NCBI GenBank assembly: GCA_965243025.1
Contig: CBDETY010000003.1
Location: forward strand, 1,440,001 to 1,504,000
Direction: 5' to 3'
Origin: Candidatus Latescibacterota bacterium
GTDB lineage: Bacteria; Latescibacterota; UBA2968; UBA8231
DNA: 64,000 bases
The notes beneath the pieces are model-generated. The model was given only the letters and a program-made list of their open reading frames with translations. It did not search any database and was not told the DNA's origin. Positions 9,707-17,732 of this stretch are shown one piece after another. Numbering within the stretch: position 1 is the stretch's first letter; each line of letters starts with the position of its first letter. Made by a program: the position numbers and the translations under genes.

Positions 9707-11755
9707 GTGCTCCAGCTGAACGGACCGCAATTGTCCACCGCGATCGAGGAGGTTCGGGGCGTTGGCTCGAAGCGGGGCCGGGCGCTCAGGGAGGCGGGGA
9801 TCGAAACCGTTGCCGACCTGCTCCTGCGGTTGCCGCGGCGGTACCTCGACCGCAGCGCCGTGACGGCGGTCTCCGATCTGGCAACAGGAGGGGAGGTGAC
9901 TGTGATCGCCACGGTAACCGCCTGCTCCTCGCCAGGTTTCGCGCGCACCCGGAGAGGCCGGCCGCTGCCGGCCAGCGTCGACGTCAGCGACGGCTCGGGA
10001 ACCCTCCGGTGCGTCTGGTTCCAGGGCGGCCAGTACGTCAGGGCGGAAGTCGGGGATCTCCTCGCCCTGAGCGGCAGGGTGGAAGAGTACCGGGGGCGCC
10101 TGCAGATGCCCCATCCGGAGTACGAGTTCCTCTCCTCGGCAGGGGACCGCGGGCTCATCCATACCGGGGGAATCGTTCCGCTGTACGCCACCACGGCCGA
10201 CATGAAGGAGCGCGGCCTGCGCAGCCGAGGATTTCGCGCTGTCGTGCGGACCGCCCTCGATGGGTACCTGCCGGGAACGGAGGAACCCCTCGACCCGGCC
10301 ATGCGCCGGAGGAACGATCTGGATGAATTGCACAACTCGCTCCGCACCATACACTTCCCGGGATCGTTCGACGAGCTCCGCAGGGCGAGGAAACGCCTGG
10401 CATTCGACGAGTTGTACGGCCTGCAGCTCGCCCTCCTCGAGCGGCGGCGGAGGCAGAGAGACCGCCGCGGGCACCAGTTCGGGAGGAGCACCAGGCTGGT
10501 TCCCGGGCTGTTGTCCTCGCTGCCGTTCGACCTCACCGGGGCGCAGTCGCGCGCCCTGTCCGAGATAAGCGCGGACATGGGGGATCCGCGGCCGATGCGG
10601 CGCCTTCTGCACGGGGAGGTCGGGTCGGGCAAGACCCTTGTCGCCCTCTGCGCCATGATGACCGCGGTCGAGGCCGGGTACCAGGCCGCCCTGATGGCGC
10701 CCACCGAAATCCTTGCCGAGCAGCACTTCTACTACCTCCAGTCCCTGCTGCAACCTCTCGGGGTCGCCGCGGTGCTGCTGGCAGGAGGTCAGAGGAAAGC
10801 TGTGCGCGAAGAAATCCTGACGGCGATCCAGTCCGGGGCCGCTGCGGTCGCCGTCGGAACCCACGCCTTGATCGAGACCGGGGTCCGCTTCAGCCGCCTC
10901 GGTCTCGGGGTCGTCGACGAGCAGCACCGGTTCGGGGTTGCCCAGCGCGCCAGGCTGTACGGGAAAGCCCCCGCCGCCGACATCCTCGTCATGACCGCTA
11001 CCCCGATTCCCCGCTCCCTCTCCCTCACCCTTTACGGCGACCTCGGAGTCTCCGTCCTCGACGAAGTCCCCCCCGGGCGCAAGCCGGTGCGTACCGAGCT
11101 GCGGACACCCGCCAGCCGCGCGAAGATCCTCGAGTTCGCCGCCAGCCGCCTGCGTTGCGGGGAACGCGTCTACATCGTGTACCCGGTAATCGAGGAATCG
11201 GAAAAGCTCGACCTTAAGTCCGCGGTCGACGGTTTCGAGGAGGTGAGGGATTCCGGGCCGCTGGCGGATTTCGAGGTCGGCCTCCTGCACGGGCGCCTGG
11301 CCAGCGCGGAGAAGACCGAGCAGATGGAGCGGTTTGCCCGCGGGGAGGTGCAGGTGCTCGTCGCCACCACTGTAATCGAGGTCGGGGTCGACGTCCCCGA
11401 GGCGACGGTCATGGTGATCGAGCACGCCGAGAGATTCGGCCTGGCGCAGCTGCACCAGCTGCGGGGCCGGGTCGGCCGGGGAGAGGGGCAATCCTATTGC
11501 ATTCTCATCGACTGCTCCGAGGCGTCCGAAAGGGAGGGCGAGACCCGGGCCGAACAGCGGTTGCATGCATTCTGCGCTACCAACGACGGGTTCGAGATCG
11601 CCCGCCGCGACCTCGAGATTCGCGGCCCGGGCGAGATTCTCGGGACGAGGCAGGCAGGGATCCCCCGGTTCGTCGTCGCCGACCCCCTGCGGGACCTCGA
11701 GCTCATGGAGGCTGCCCGCGCCGAGGCAAAGCGCACCCTGGCGGGGGCCGGATGA
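9707..11755 (+). CDS. recG: ATP-dependent DNA helicase RecG
   Basis: GVGSKR, LPRRYLDR, RLAFDEL, RLLHGEVGSGKT, APTEILAEQH, DEQHRFGV, MTATPIPR, AERFGLAQLHQLRGRVGRG, DLEIRGPGE; GTG start chosen from an upstream GGAG (ORF is open from 9560). Confidence 0.95.
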   Translation: MLQLNGPQLSTAIEEVRGVGSKRGRALREAGIETVADLLLRLPRRYLDRSAVTAVSDLATGGEVTVIATVTACSSPGFARTRRGRPLPASVDVSDGSGTLRCVWFQGGQYVRAEVGDLLALSGRVEEYRGRLQMPHPEYEFLSSAGDRGLIHTGGIVPLYATTADMKERGLRSRGFRAVVRTALDGYLPGTEEPLDPAMRRRNDLDELHNSLRTIHFPGSFDELRRARKRLAFDELYGLQLALLERRRRQRDRRGHQFGRSTRLVPGLLSSLPFDLTGAQSRALSEISADMGDPRPMRRLLHGEVGSGKTLVALCAMMTAVEAGYQAALMAPTEILAEQHFYYLQSLLQPLGVAAVLLAGGQRKAVREEILTAIQSGAAAVAVGTHALIETGVRFSRLGLGVVDEQHRFGVAQRARLYGKAPAADILVMTATPIPRSLSLTLYGDLGVSVLDEVPPGRKPVRTELRTPASRAKILEFAASRLRCGERVYIVYPVIEESEKLDLKSAVDGFEEVRDSGPLADFEVGLLHGRLASAEKTEQMERFARGEVQVLVATTVIEVGVDVPEATVMVIEHAERFGLAQLHQLRGRVGRGEGQSYCILIDCSEASEREGETRAEQRLHAFCATNDGFEIARRDLEIRGPGEILGTRQAGIPRFVVADPLRDLELMEAARAEAKRTLAGAG

Positions 11756-11837
11756 TCCCGGGCTCACGCATGGAAAACCCGGTCGGGCTGTCGGCTGCCA
11801 CGGCCGCGGGGAACCGGCCGGCAACGCCGGGCAGTCG

Positions 11838-13424
11838 ATGAGCCCTGCAGCCCGATCCCTCTCCGGCAGCCGGGCGGCCCTGATCCTGGGCCTCGCCGCA
11901 AGCGCCGCTGTCCTCCCCTGGCTCCTGTCGGAGTGGGAGCTGAACCAGGCCCTGGGCTTCCCCCTGGACGATTCCTGGATCCACATGCAGATAGCCCGCA
12001 ACCTCAGCAGCGGCAACGGGATGTACTTCAATGCGGGGGAACCGGTCTCGGCTTCGTCGGCGCCTCTGTGGACTGTTCTGCTGGCGGGGTTGCACCTGCT
12101 TCCGGTCGACGTCGTCGTTGCCGCGAAGCTGGCCGGAGTCCTGCTTCTGTGGGGAACCGGCACCTTCACCTTCCTCCTTGCCCGCCAGGCCGGCTTGAGC
12201 GGCGGCTGGGCGTTGCTGGCCAGTCTCGCCGCGGCAACCACCCCGAGGCTGATCTGGGGAAGTCTGTCGGGCATGGAGATCACCCTGTACGCCGCCGCGG
12301 CGACGGCCGGGACCTGGCTCTGCCTGCGCTCCCGCGGGAAGCCGCCCGGGCCGGGAGCCACCGTTCTGCTCGCCGCGGCCGCACTGGCCCGGCCCGAATG
12401 CCTGCTCCTCTTTCCGGTCCTGCTTCTCGACAGCTGGCTGCGGATGCCGTCAAGGCCCCGGACCCGGGTCCTCCGCGATCTGGCGCGCCCCTGCCTGCTC
12501 TTCGCGCTGCTGCTCGCCCCCTTCGTCGCCTTCAACTTCGCCACCATTGGACACCCGTTTCCAAATACCTATTACGCCAAGGTGGGTCCCTACGGTCTGC
12601 CGGGAGCGCTGGCCCGGCTCGATGTTCTTCAAGTGTTGAAGTGCCTTTCCTACTACCCACTGCTGCAGCTGGTTGAGACAATCGAGTTCGGGGCGACCAA
12701 CAACGCCGTTCTCACTGCCGGAGCGCTCGCGGGTGCCTTCGCGGCGCGGCGCCGGCGCGCCGGCCCCGAGCGGCTGCTCCTGGTTCTGATTCTGGCGCTG
12801 CCGCTGGTCCGCGGCGTTGTGGCCCCTTACAAGGGAGCGACCTTTCAGCACGGCCGCTACGTCGCTCACCTGGTCCCGCTGATAGCGGTTCTGGGAACCG
12901 TCGGGCTGCGCGATTCCCTCCTCTGGCTGGTCAGGTCCGGCGGAGCTGCCCTTCCGCGGGAATCCCGGATTCTGCGGCCGGCCGCTTTCGCCTGGGTTGC
13001 GGTGGCCCTGAACGCTCTGCTCATGCAGCCGGGCGGCGCCCGGCAGTTCGGGGAGAACGTCCGCGACATCCAGCAGATGCATTTGCCGATGGCCCGGTGG
13101 ATCGCCCGCGAGACCCCTGAAGATGCCGTGGTTGCGGCACACGATATCGGTGCTCTCGGGTATTTCAGCGGGAGGCGGATAATCGATACCGCGGGACTGA
13201 TCAGCCCTGAGGTGCTGGCCTTCCTGAAGCCGCGGCAGGCTGCCGATGAGGGTGTGCTCCAATTCCTGATGGTGAAGAGGCCGGAGTTCGTCATTCTCAT
13301 GCCCAACTGGTACCCCCGATTGGTTGAATCCAGCTATCTCCTTCCCGTGCACAGCGTTTCACTCGAATCGAGATCCATAAGCGCCGGCGACCTCCTGGTG
13401 GCCTACCGCACGGAATGGCCTTGA
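11838..13424 (+). CDS. GT-C-like (ArnT/PMT-related) polytopic membrane protein
   Basis: DDSWIHMQIARNL, GEPVSASSAPLW, SGME, RPE, PNTYYAK, DIGALGYFS, DTAGL; many TMs. Confidence 0.7.
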   Translation: MSPAARSLSGSRAALILGLAASAAVLPWLLSEWELNQALGFPLDDSWIHMQIARNLSSGNGMYFNAGEPVSASSAPLWTVLLAGLHLLPVDVVVAAKLAGVLLLWGTGTFTFLLARQAGLSGGWALLASLAAATTPRLIWGSLSGMEITLYAAAATAGTWLCLRSRGKPPGPGATVLLAAAALARPECLLLFPVLLLDSWLRMPSRPRTRVLRDLARPCLLFALLLAPFVAFNFATIGHPFPNTYYAKVGPYGLPGALARLDVLQVLKCLSYYPLLQLVETIEFGATNNAVLTAGALAGAFAARRRRAGPERLLLVLILALPLVRGVVAPYKGATFQHGRYVAHLVPLIAVLGTVGLRDSLLWLVRSGGAALPRESRILRPAAFAWVAVALNALLMQPGGARQFGENVRDIQQMHLPMARWIARETPEDAVVAAHDIGALGYFSGRRIIDTAGLISPEVLAFLKPRQAADEGVLQFLMVKRPEFVILMPNWYPRLVESSYLLPVHSVSLESRSISAGDLLVAYRTEWP

Positions 13425-13460
13425 CATATGCACATTTGAATAGTATAATTATGTGCACAT
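13421..13460 (+). promoter_or_regulatory. Consensus sigma70 promoter (TTGACA-17-TATAAT) overlaid by a dyad operator
   Basis: TTGACA 13421-13426, TATAAT 13444-13449; ATATGCACAT (13426-13435) and palindromic ATGTGCACAT (13451-13460); AT-rich island in GC-rich DNA. Confidence 0.85.
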
Positions 13461-13495
13461 CATCGTCATGTCAGAACCGACAGGAGGATCGGGAA

Positions 13496-13687
13496 TTGGA
13501 GAGATTTGATCGCGACCGCATCGAGCGCGCAGCGCGCATCTACGCCAGCAACCAGGATGCCGGCCTCGCCCTGGGGATAGCCCCCAGCAGTTTCGGCCGT
13601 CTTTGCCGGCGCTTCGGAGTCGAGACTCCAAAGGCCCGCCGCAAACACCGGGGCCGGGGGCCTCTCTCCGGGGATACCGAAGAGTGA
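13496..13687 (+). CDS. Small helix-turn-helix protein (63 aa)
   Basis: AGGAGG at 13482-13487 then TTG; NQDAGLALGIAPSSFGRLCRRFGV fits a Fis-like HTH; basic tail; 8 bp upstream of ssb. Confidence 0.65.
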   Translation: MERFDRDRIERAARIYASNQDAGLALGIAPSSFGRLCRRFGVETPKARRKHRGRGPLSGDTEE

Positions 13688-13695
13688 GGTGGAGA

Positions 13696-14166
13696 ATGGC
13701 CGCCGGAAACATCAACAAGGTCATACTGGTCGGGAATCTCGGAGCCGATCCGGAAATCAGGTTCACGCCGAGCGGGACGCAGGTTGCCAGTGTGCGCCTG
13801 GCGACCGACGACGACTGGACCGACAACCGGGGACAGCGGCGACGCCGTACGGAGTGGCATCGACTCGTCCTGTGGCGGCGTTTCGCCGAAATCGCCGGCC
13901 AGTATCTCAGGAAGGGAAGCAAGATCCGCGTCGAGGGCAGGCTGCACACGCGCAACTGGGAGGACGTCCACCGGCGCCGGCACCACGTGACCGAGATCGT
14001 GGTTACCGACCTGCAGTTCATCGACGCGGCAGGGGGGCCCGGAGAGCTCGACATGAAGTACGGACGCGCGGAAGAAACTCAGCTCGAGCTCGAAGCCGTT
14101 ACCCGCCCGGCTTCACCTCCGGCCGCGGGGCGGTCTGACTATTCCTCCGACGATCTGCCGTTCTAG
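13696..14166 (+). CDS. ssb: Single-stranded DNA-binding protein
   Basis: INKVILVGNLGADPEIRFT, TEWHRLVLW, YLRKGSKIRVEGRL, acidic tail DDLPF. Confidence 0.95.
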   Translation: MAAGNINKVILVGNLGADPEIRFTPSGTQVASVRLATDDDWTDNRGQRRRRTEWHRLVLWRRFAEIAGQYLRKGSKIRVEGRLHTRNWEDVHRRRHHVTEIVVTDLQFIDAAGGPGELDMKYGRAEETQLELEAVTRPASPPAAGRSDYSSDDLPF

Positions 14167-14330
14167 TGCCCCGTCGCAGAAATTTATCGCCATAGGGAAG
14201 CCGATCCATCCCGGCTCACGGCGTTGCCTTCGCTCTCCGTACACCCTCGGTACGGCTCGCTCAGGCGCCTTGTGAGCCGGGCGCCTCGGCATCCCGATTT
14301 TGTCAATCTATCTCTGCGACGGGACACTGG
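14163..14330 (+). mobile_element. 168-bp MITE-like palindromic element, copy 2
   Basis: CTAGTGCCCCGTCGCAGA ... TCTGCGACGGGACACTGG; the left CTAG contains the ssb stop. Confidence 0.85.
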
Positions 14331-14415
14331 TGCCCCGCTCTGCCGTTGCGCCAATCCAGGCTGAATCCGGTCGTCGCCGATCCCGGCCTCCTGAAGTCCC
14401 CGAAACCCGAACTGG

Positions 14416-14450
14416 AAGGGGAGATTGTGGAAAACAGTCTCCCCTTTCTT
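14416..14450 (+). terminator. Hairpin with pyrimidine tail, possible intrinsic terminator or operator
   Basis: AAGGGGAGATTGT-GGAAA-ACAGTCTCCCCTT (13-bp stem with one G.U pair) followed by TCTT. Confidence 0.4.
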
Positions 14451-14622
14451 GACCCTGGATTCGGCGCGGCGCCATATTGGCCCGGAAAAGGGGCAAAAAC
14501 CCCGCAGCCCTCGCCGCTATGGCAGGCCCCTTCAGCTCCCGAGCGCCGGCAGCAAAGGCCGGCTGAAATTCAAGGGACTGCGCCAGATTCAGGAAAATGG
14601 TCTCAAAACCCCGGATGCGCCG

Positions 14623-15447
14623 ATGGAATTGCTCTCTGCAGAACGGATTCGCGAACTGACCGTCGAATACGACGGGGACCGGTCCGGAGACGGGCGCCCG
14701 CGGGTTCCCGATGACATCATCGAACGGATGAAGAAGGTGACGACCGAGGAGGCCTGGGGGGTCCTGGCAGGGGAGGAGTACCACTTCCAGTTCGAAGGGG
14801 AGTGGATAAACCTCCATCCCGAGCGCGTCCTGACCGGGCGCGCCGTGACCTGCCGCTACGTCCCCCATCGCCCCGATCTCAACCAGGTCACCGAGGCGGC
14901 AGGCAGCAGGGAAGGCCGCGTCGGCGGGCAGAACTCGTGGGTGATCGACACGCTGGTGGCCGGTGACGTCCTCGTCGTCGAGCTCTTCGGAAAGATCGTT
15001 CGCGGCACCTTTATCGGCGACAATCTCGGCACCGCAATCGCCGCCAACACCGGAGGCACGGGACTGGTCGTCGACGGCTCTATCCGCGACACCCAGCGGG
15101 TCCGCGAGCTGCCGATCAACGTCTTCGCAAAGGGGCTCCACCCGACTGGCATCGGCGAGGTCACCCTGACGGAGATCAACGGCCCGATCCGGGTCGGACA
15201 GGCGTCGGTGCTGCCCGGGGACATCGTGCTCGGGACCTCGAGCGGCGTCATTTTCATCCCTCCGAAGCTGGCCCGCCAGGTCGTCGAATCCTCGGAAACG
15301 ACGCGTCTGCGGGACTACTGGGGCAAGCAGTCCATTCGCGAGGGTCGTTACAGCCCGGGGGAAATAGACCGGGGCTGGACCGAAGAGATGAATGCCGAGT
15401 TCTCGGCCTGGAGCAGGACCGTCGACGTAAACGAGCTGGAGTACTGA
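14623..15447 (+). CDS. RraA / HMG-aldolase family protein
   Basis: DGRPRVPDD, GRAVT, GDVLVVE, IGDNL, VVDGSIRD, VLPGDIVLG, GVIFIP. Confidence 0.8.
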   Translation: MELLSAERIRELTVEYDGDRSGDGRPRVPDDIIERMKKVTTEEAWGVLAGEEYHFQFEGEWINLHPERVLTGRAVTCRYVPHRPDLNQVTEAAGSREGRVGGQNSWVIDTLVAGDVLVVELFGKIVRGTFIGDNLGTAIAANTGGTGLVVDGSIRDTQRVRELPINVFAKGLHPTGIGEVTLTEINGPIRVGQASVLPGDIVLGTSSGVIFIPPKLARQVVESSETTRLRDYWGKQSIREGRYSPGEIDRGWTEEMNAEFSAWSRTVDVNELEY

Positions 15448-15456
15448 CTGCCGGCG

Positions 15457-16362
15457 ATGCCGACCCGGGTGCTTCTCCTGCTCTTCCTGATCGCCGTTTC
15501 CTGGCGGAGCGCCGGCGGGTGGTGGGGTGACGGGCACGAGATCGTCACGCGGGCGGCAATACGCGCCCTTCCGGAGGAAGTTCCGGCGTTTCTGAAGGAA
15601 GGGGAGGAACTGGTCGCCAGCACCGTTTACGATCCCGACCTGGCGAAAAACCGGTCCCTGCCGAACCTTCGCGACCGCGAGCATCCCGAACACTTTCTCG
15701 ACATCGAGCTCCTGTCAGGCAGGCCGCTGCCGGCGACGCGGTACGAATTCGTGCGGCTCTGCCGGGAGGTCGGCGTCCGTCCCTCCAAGGTCGGCTTCCT
15801 GCCCTATGCCGTGGCCGAGTGGACTGAGCAGCTGACCCTGGCGCTGGCGGAACACCGCCGCTGGCCCGGGCTGAAGGCGCCGGAAAGCAAGGCCCTGGTA
15901 TACGCCGGACTCCTCGCCCACTACGCCCAGGACCTGTTCCAGCCCCTGCATCTAACTATCCATTTCGACGGCTACGCCCCCACCGACGGGGATTCCTCCG
16001 GGGGCGGCGGGTCGAAGCTTCATGCCGGTATCCACGAAAAGGTCGACTCCCTGATCGAGCGGGTCGCCCCCGACCCGGATGCTCTGGCGGCCGCCTGCCG
16101 CCCTCAGCGGTTCGGCGACCTGATGGCGGCTGTCCGGGCCCGCTTCGAGGAGAACCACGCCAAGGTCGGCAGGGTGTACGAGCTTGTGGATGGTTTCGAG
16201 CCGCCCTCGGAGCCGGCGGCCCGGTTCGGATGGCAGCAGGCCGTCGGCGCGGCGGAATTCACCGCTTCCCTCTACCTCACGGCGTGGAAGGATTCCGAGG
16301 AGGTGCGCCTTCCCGGGTGGCTCGACCGGCCCGGGCCCGGCAACCCGCCGGGCGGCAGGTGA
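15457..16362 (+). CDS. Secreted S1/P1 nuclease / zinc phospholipase C-like protein
   Basis: Signal peptide then W-WGDGHEIV, DPD, EHFLD, HYAQDLFQPLH, GIHEKVD zinc-ligand motifs. Confidence 0.75.
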   Translation: MPTRVLLLLFLIAVSWRSAGGWWGDGHEIVTRAAIRALPEEVPAFLKEGEELVASTVYDPDLAKNRSLPNLRDREHPEHFLDIELLSGRPLPATRYEFVRLCREVGVRPSKVGFLPYAVAEWTEQLTLALAEHRRWPGLKAPESKALVYAGLLAHYAQDLFQPLHLTIHFDGYAPTDGDSSGGGGSKLHAGIHEKVDSLIERVAPDPDALAAACRPQRFGDLMAAVRARFEENHAKVGRVYELVDGFEPPSEPAARFGWQQAVGAAEFTASLYLTAWKDSEEVRLPGWLDRPGPGNPPGGR

Positions 16363-17499
16363 TCAGGCCCTCAGGCTGAAACCGCCTTCTTTGACCGCCC
16401 TGTTCCAGACTGCCTCCTCGATGTCGAAACCTGCCCCGGGGGTGTCGGGGACGAACAGGCGGCCTCCGTCCATCTTCCAATCGTCGGCCATCAGCCCGGG
16501 CAGCTCGGCCGGTTCCGCTTCCAGCAGGTCGAAATTGGGAATGGAGGCGGCAAAATGGGCGTGGGTGAAGCGCTCGACGTAGCTGCCCCAGGTATGGGGA
16601 GCGCAACGGGCCGCACACCCCTCGAGCCGGGCTGAAACGGCGCGCCACCAGGTCAGCCCGTACTGGTGGAAGTCCTGCTGCACCACGTCGATCCAGCCCG
16701 CTTCGACGAGGTCGAAAAAGCAGGGGGGCGGCTGGAACTCCCCGTCGGCAACCAGGGTGTTCCAGCCGTTCTCGATGATGAACTCCTTCAGCGCCCGGTT
16801 GAGGGGCAGGTCCTCGGCAAACGGCTCCTCGAACCAGTAGAGGCGGGCATCGGCGGTTTCCGCCAGCAGCTCCCGGGCGGTGTTCAGGGTGTTCCCCATG
16901 TTGGCGTCGATCAGGATCTTGGCGTCCGGTCCGGCCGCTTCCCTGACGGTCCGGATCACCAGGGCGTCGCGGGCCAGTCCTTCTGCGGGCGGCATCCAGC
17001 GGGCTCCGCGGCCGACCTTGATCTTGAAGTTCCGGTAGCCGGCATCCCATCCGGACTGCACCTGCCGCGCATACAGCTCCCGCGCCCCGGCGTCCCCCAA
17101 CTCGAGATCGTCGATGTAGATGGAGCCGTCGTAGACCTCGACCTCCCGCGAGCCGCGCGGACCGAGCAGGCGGTAGAGCGGCAATCCCGCCAGGCGGGCG
17201 CAGAGGTCCCAGAGCGGCAGATCGATCGGCCGTCCTGCCTGATTCGTCCCTTCCGGCAGCGAGAACAGCTCTCCGACCTTTCTGCCGGCAAGCCCTGCGG
17301 CCTGTTCTGCGGCGATCCCCGACCACCCGATTCCCATCCCGCCGCCCGAGGTGCGAACCCGCACCACCTGGTCCCTGACGATGTTTCCGTGGACGGAGAC
17401 GCGGGCGTTGCACCCCAGCTGCCGGGGGCGGCGTCCCGGCAGGACGCACTTCTCGATCAGGTCGATGCGCTCGCTCGCAATGGTCGAAAGCTGTTCCAT
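16363..17499 (-). CDS. Mandelate racemase / enolase superfamily enzyme
   Basis: DLPLWDLCAR..GLPLYRLLG, KIKVG, DAN, WFEEP, ADGE, PGAGFD. Confidence 0.85.
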   Translation of the reverse strand: MEQLSTIASERIDLIEKCVLPGRRPRQLGCNARVSVHGNIVRDQVVRVRTSGGGMGIGWSGIAAEQAAGLAGRKVGELFSLPEGTNQAGRPIDLPLWDLCARLAGLPLYRLLGPRGSREVEVYDGSIYIDDLELGDAGARELYARQVQSGWDAGYRNFKIKVGRGARWMPPAEGLARDALVIRTVREAAGPDAKILIDANMGNTLNTARELLAETADARLYWFEEPFAEDLPLNRALKEFIIENGWNTLVADGEFQPPPCFFDLVEAGWIDVVQQDFHQYGLTWWRAVSARLEGCAARCAPHTWGSYVERFTHAHFAASIPNFDLLEAEPAELPGLMADDWKMDGGRLFVPDTPGAGFDIEEAVWNRAVKEGGFSLRA

Positions 17500-17546
17500 G
17501 TCACCTCAATCCGGTTTTCCGCATCGGGCCGCGGGCGGTTTTTCGA

Positions 17547-17575
17547 TTGACACTGTGCTGCCTGGCAGATACGGT
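17547..17575 (+). promoter_or_regulatory. Putative sigma70 promoter (TTGACA-17-TACGGT) for the RNB gene
   Basis: Perfect -35 and a TAnnnT -10 at 17-bp spacing in the divergent intergenic region. Confidence 0.5.
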
Positions 17576-17732
17576 AGGAGCCGGGCTTCCTGCCGGCAAT
17601 TCCCGGGGCTCGGACAGACCGTCGCTTTCCCGTCCTGGTACGTTTCCCGTTTCCCGCCGGGCCTGAAGCCGGGCGGCCTCCGTCGGGAATTCATTCCGGG
17701 GGCCAACGACACCTGACCTGGAGGAGGCAGCC

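Noticed and set aside
8966-12547. 1193-aa minus-strand ORF
   Set aside because: Antisense shadow of recG and the GT-C gene in high-GC DNA; only the last 157 codons look like a real membrane protein
14301-14306. TTGACA on the reverse strand within the MITE as a mobile promoter
   Set aside because: It points into the element and there is no -10 box at 16-18 bp spacing
17576-17732. Long 5' leader of the RNB gene as a possible riboswitch
   Set aside because: No conserved aptamer sequence recognised
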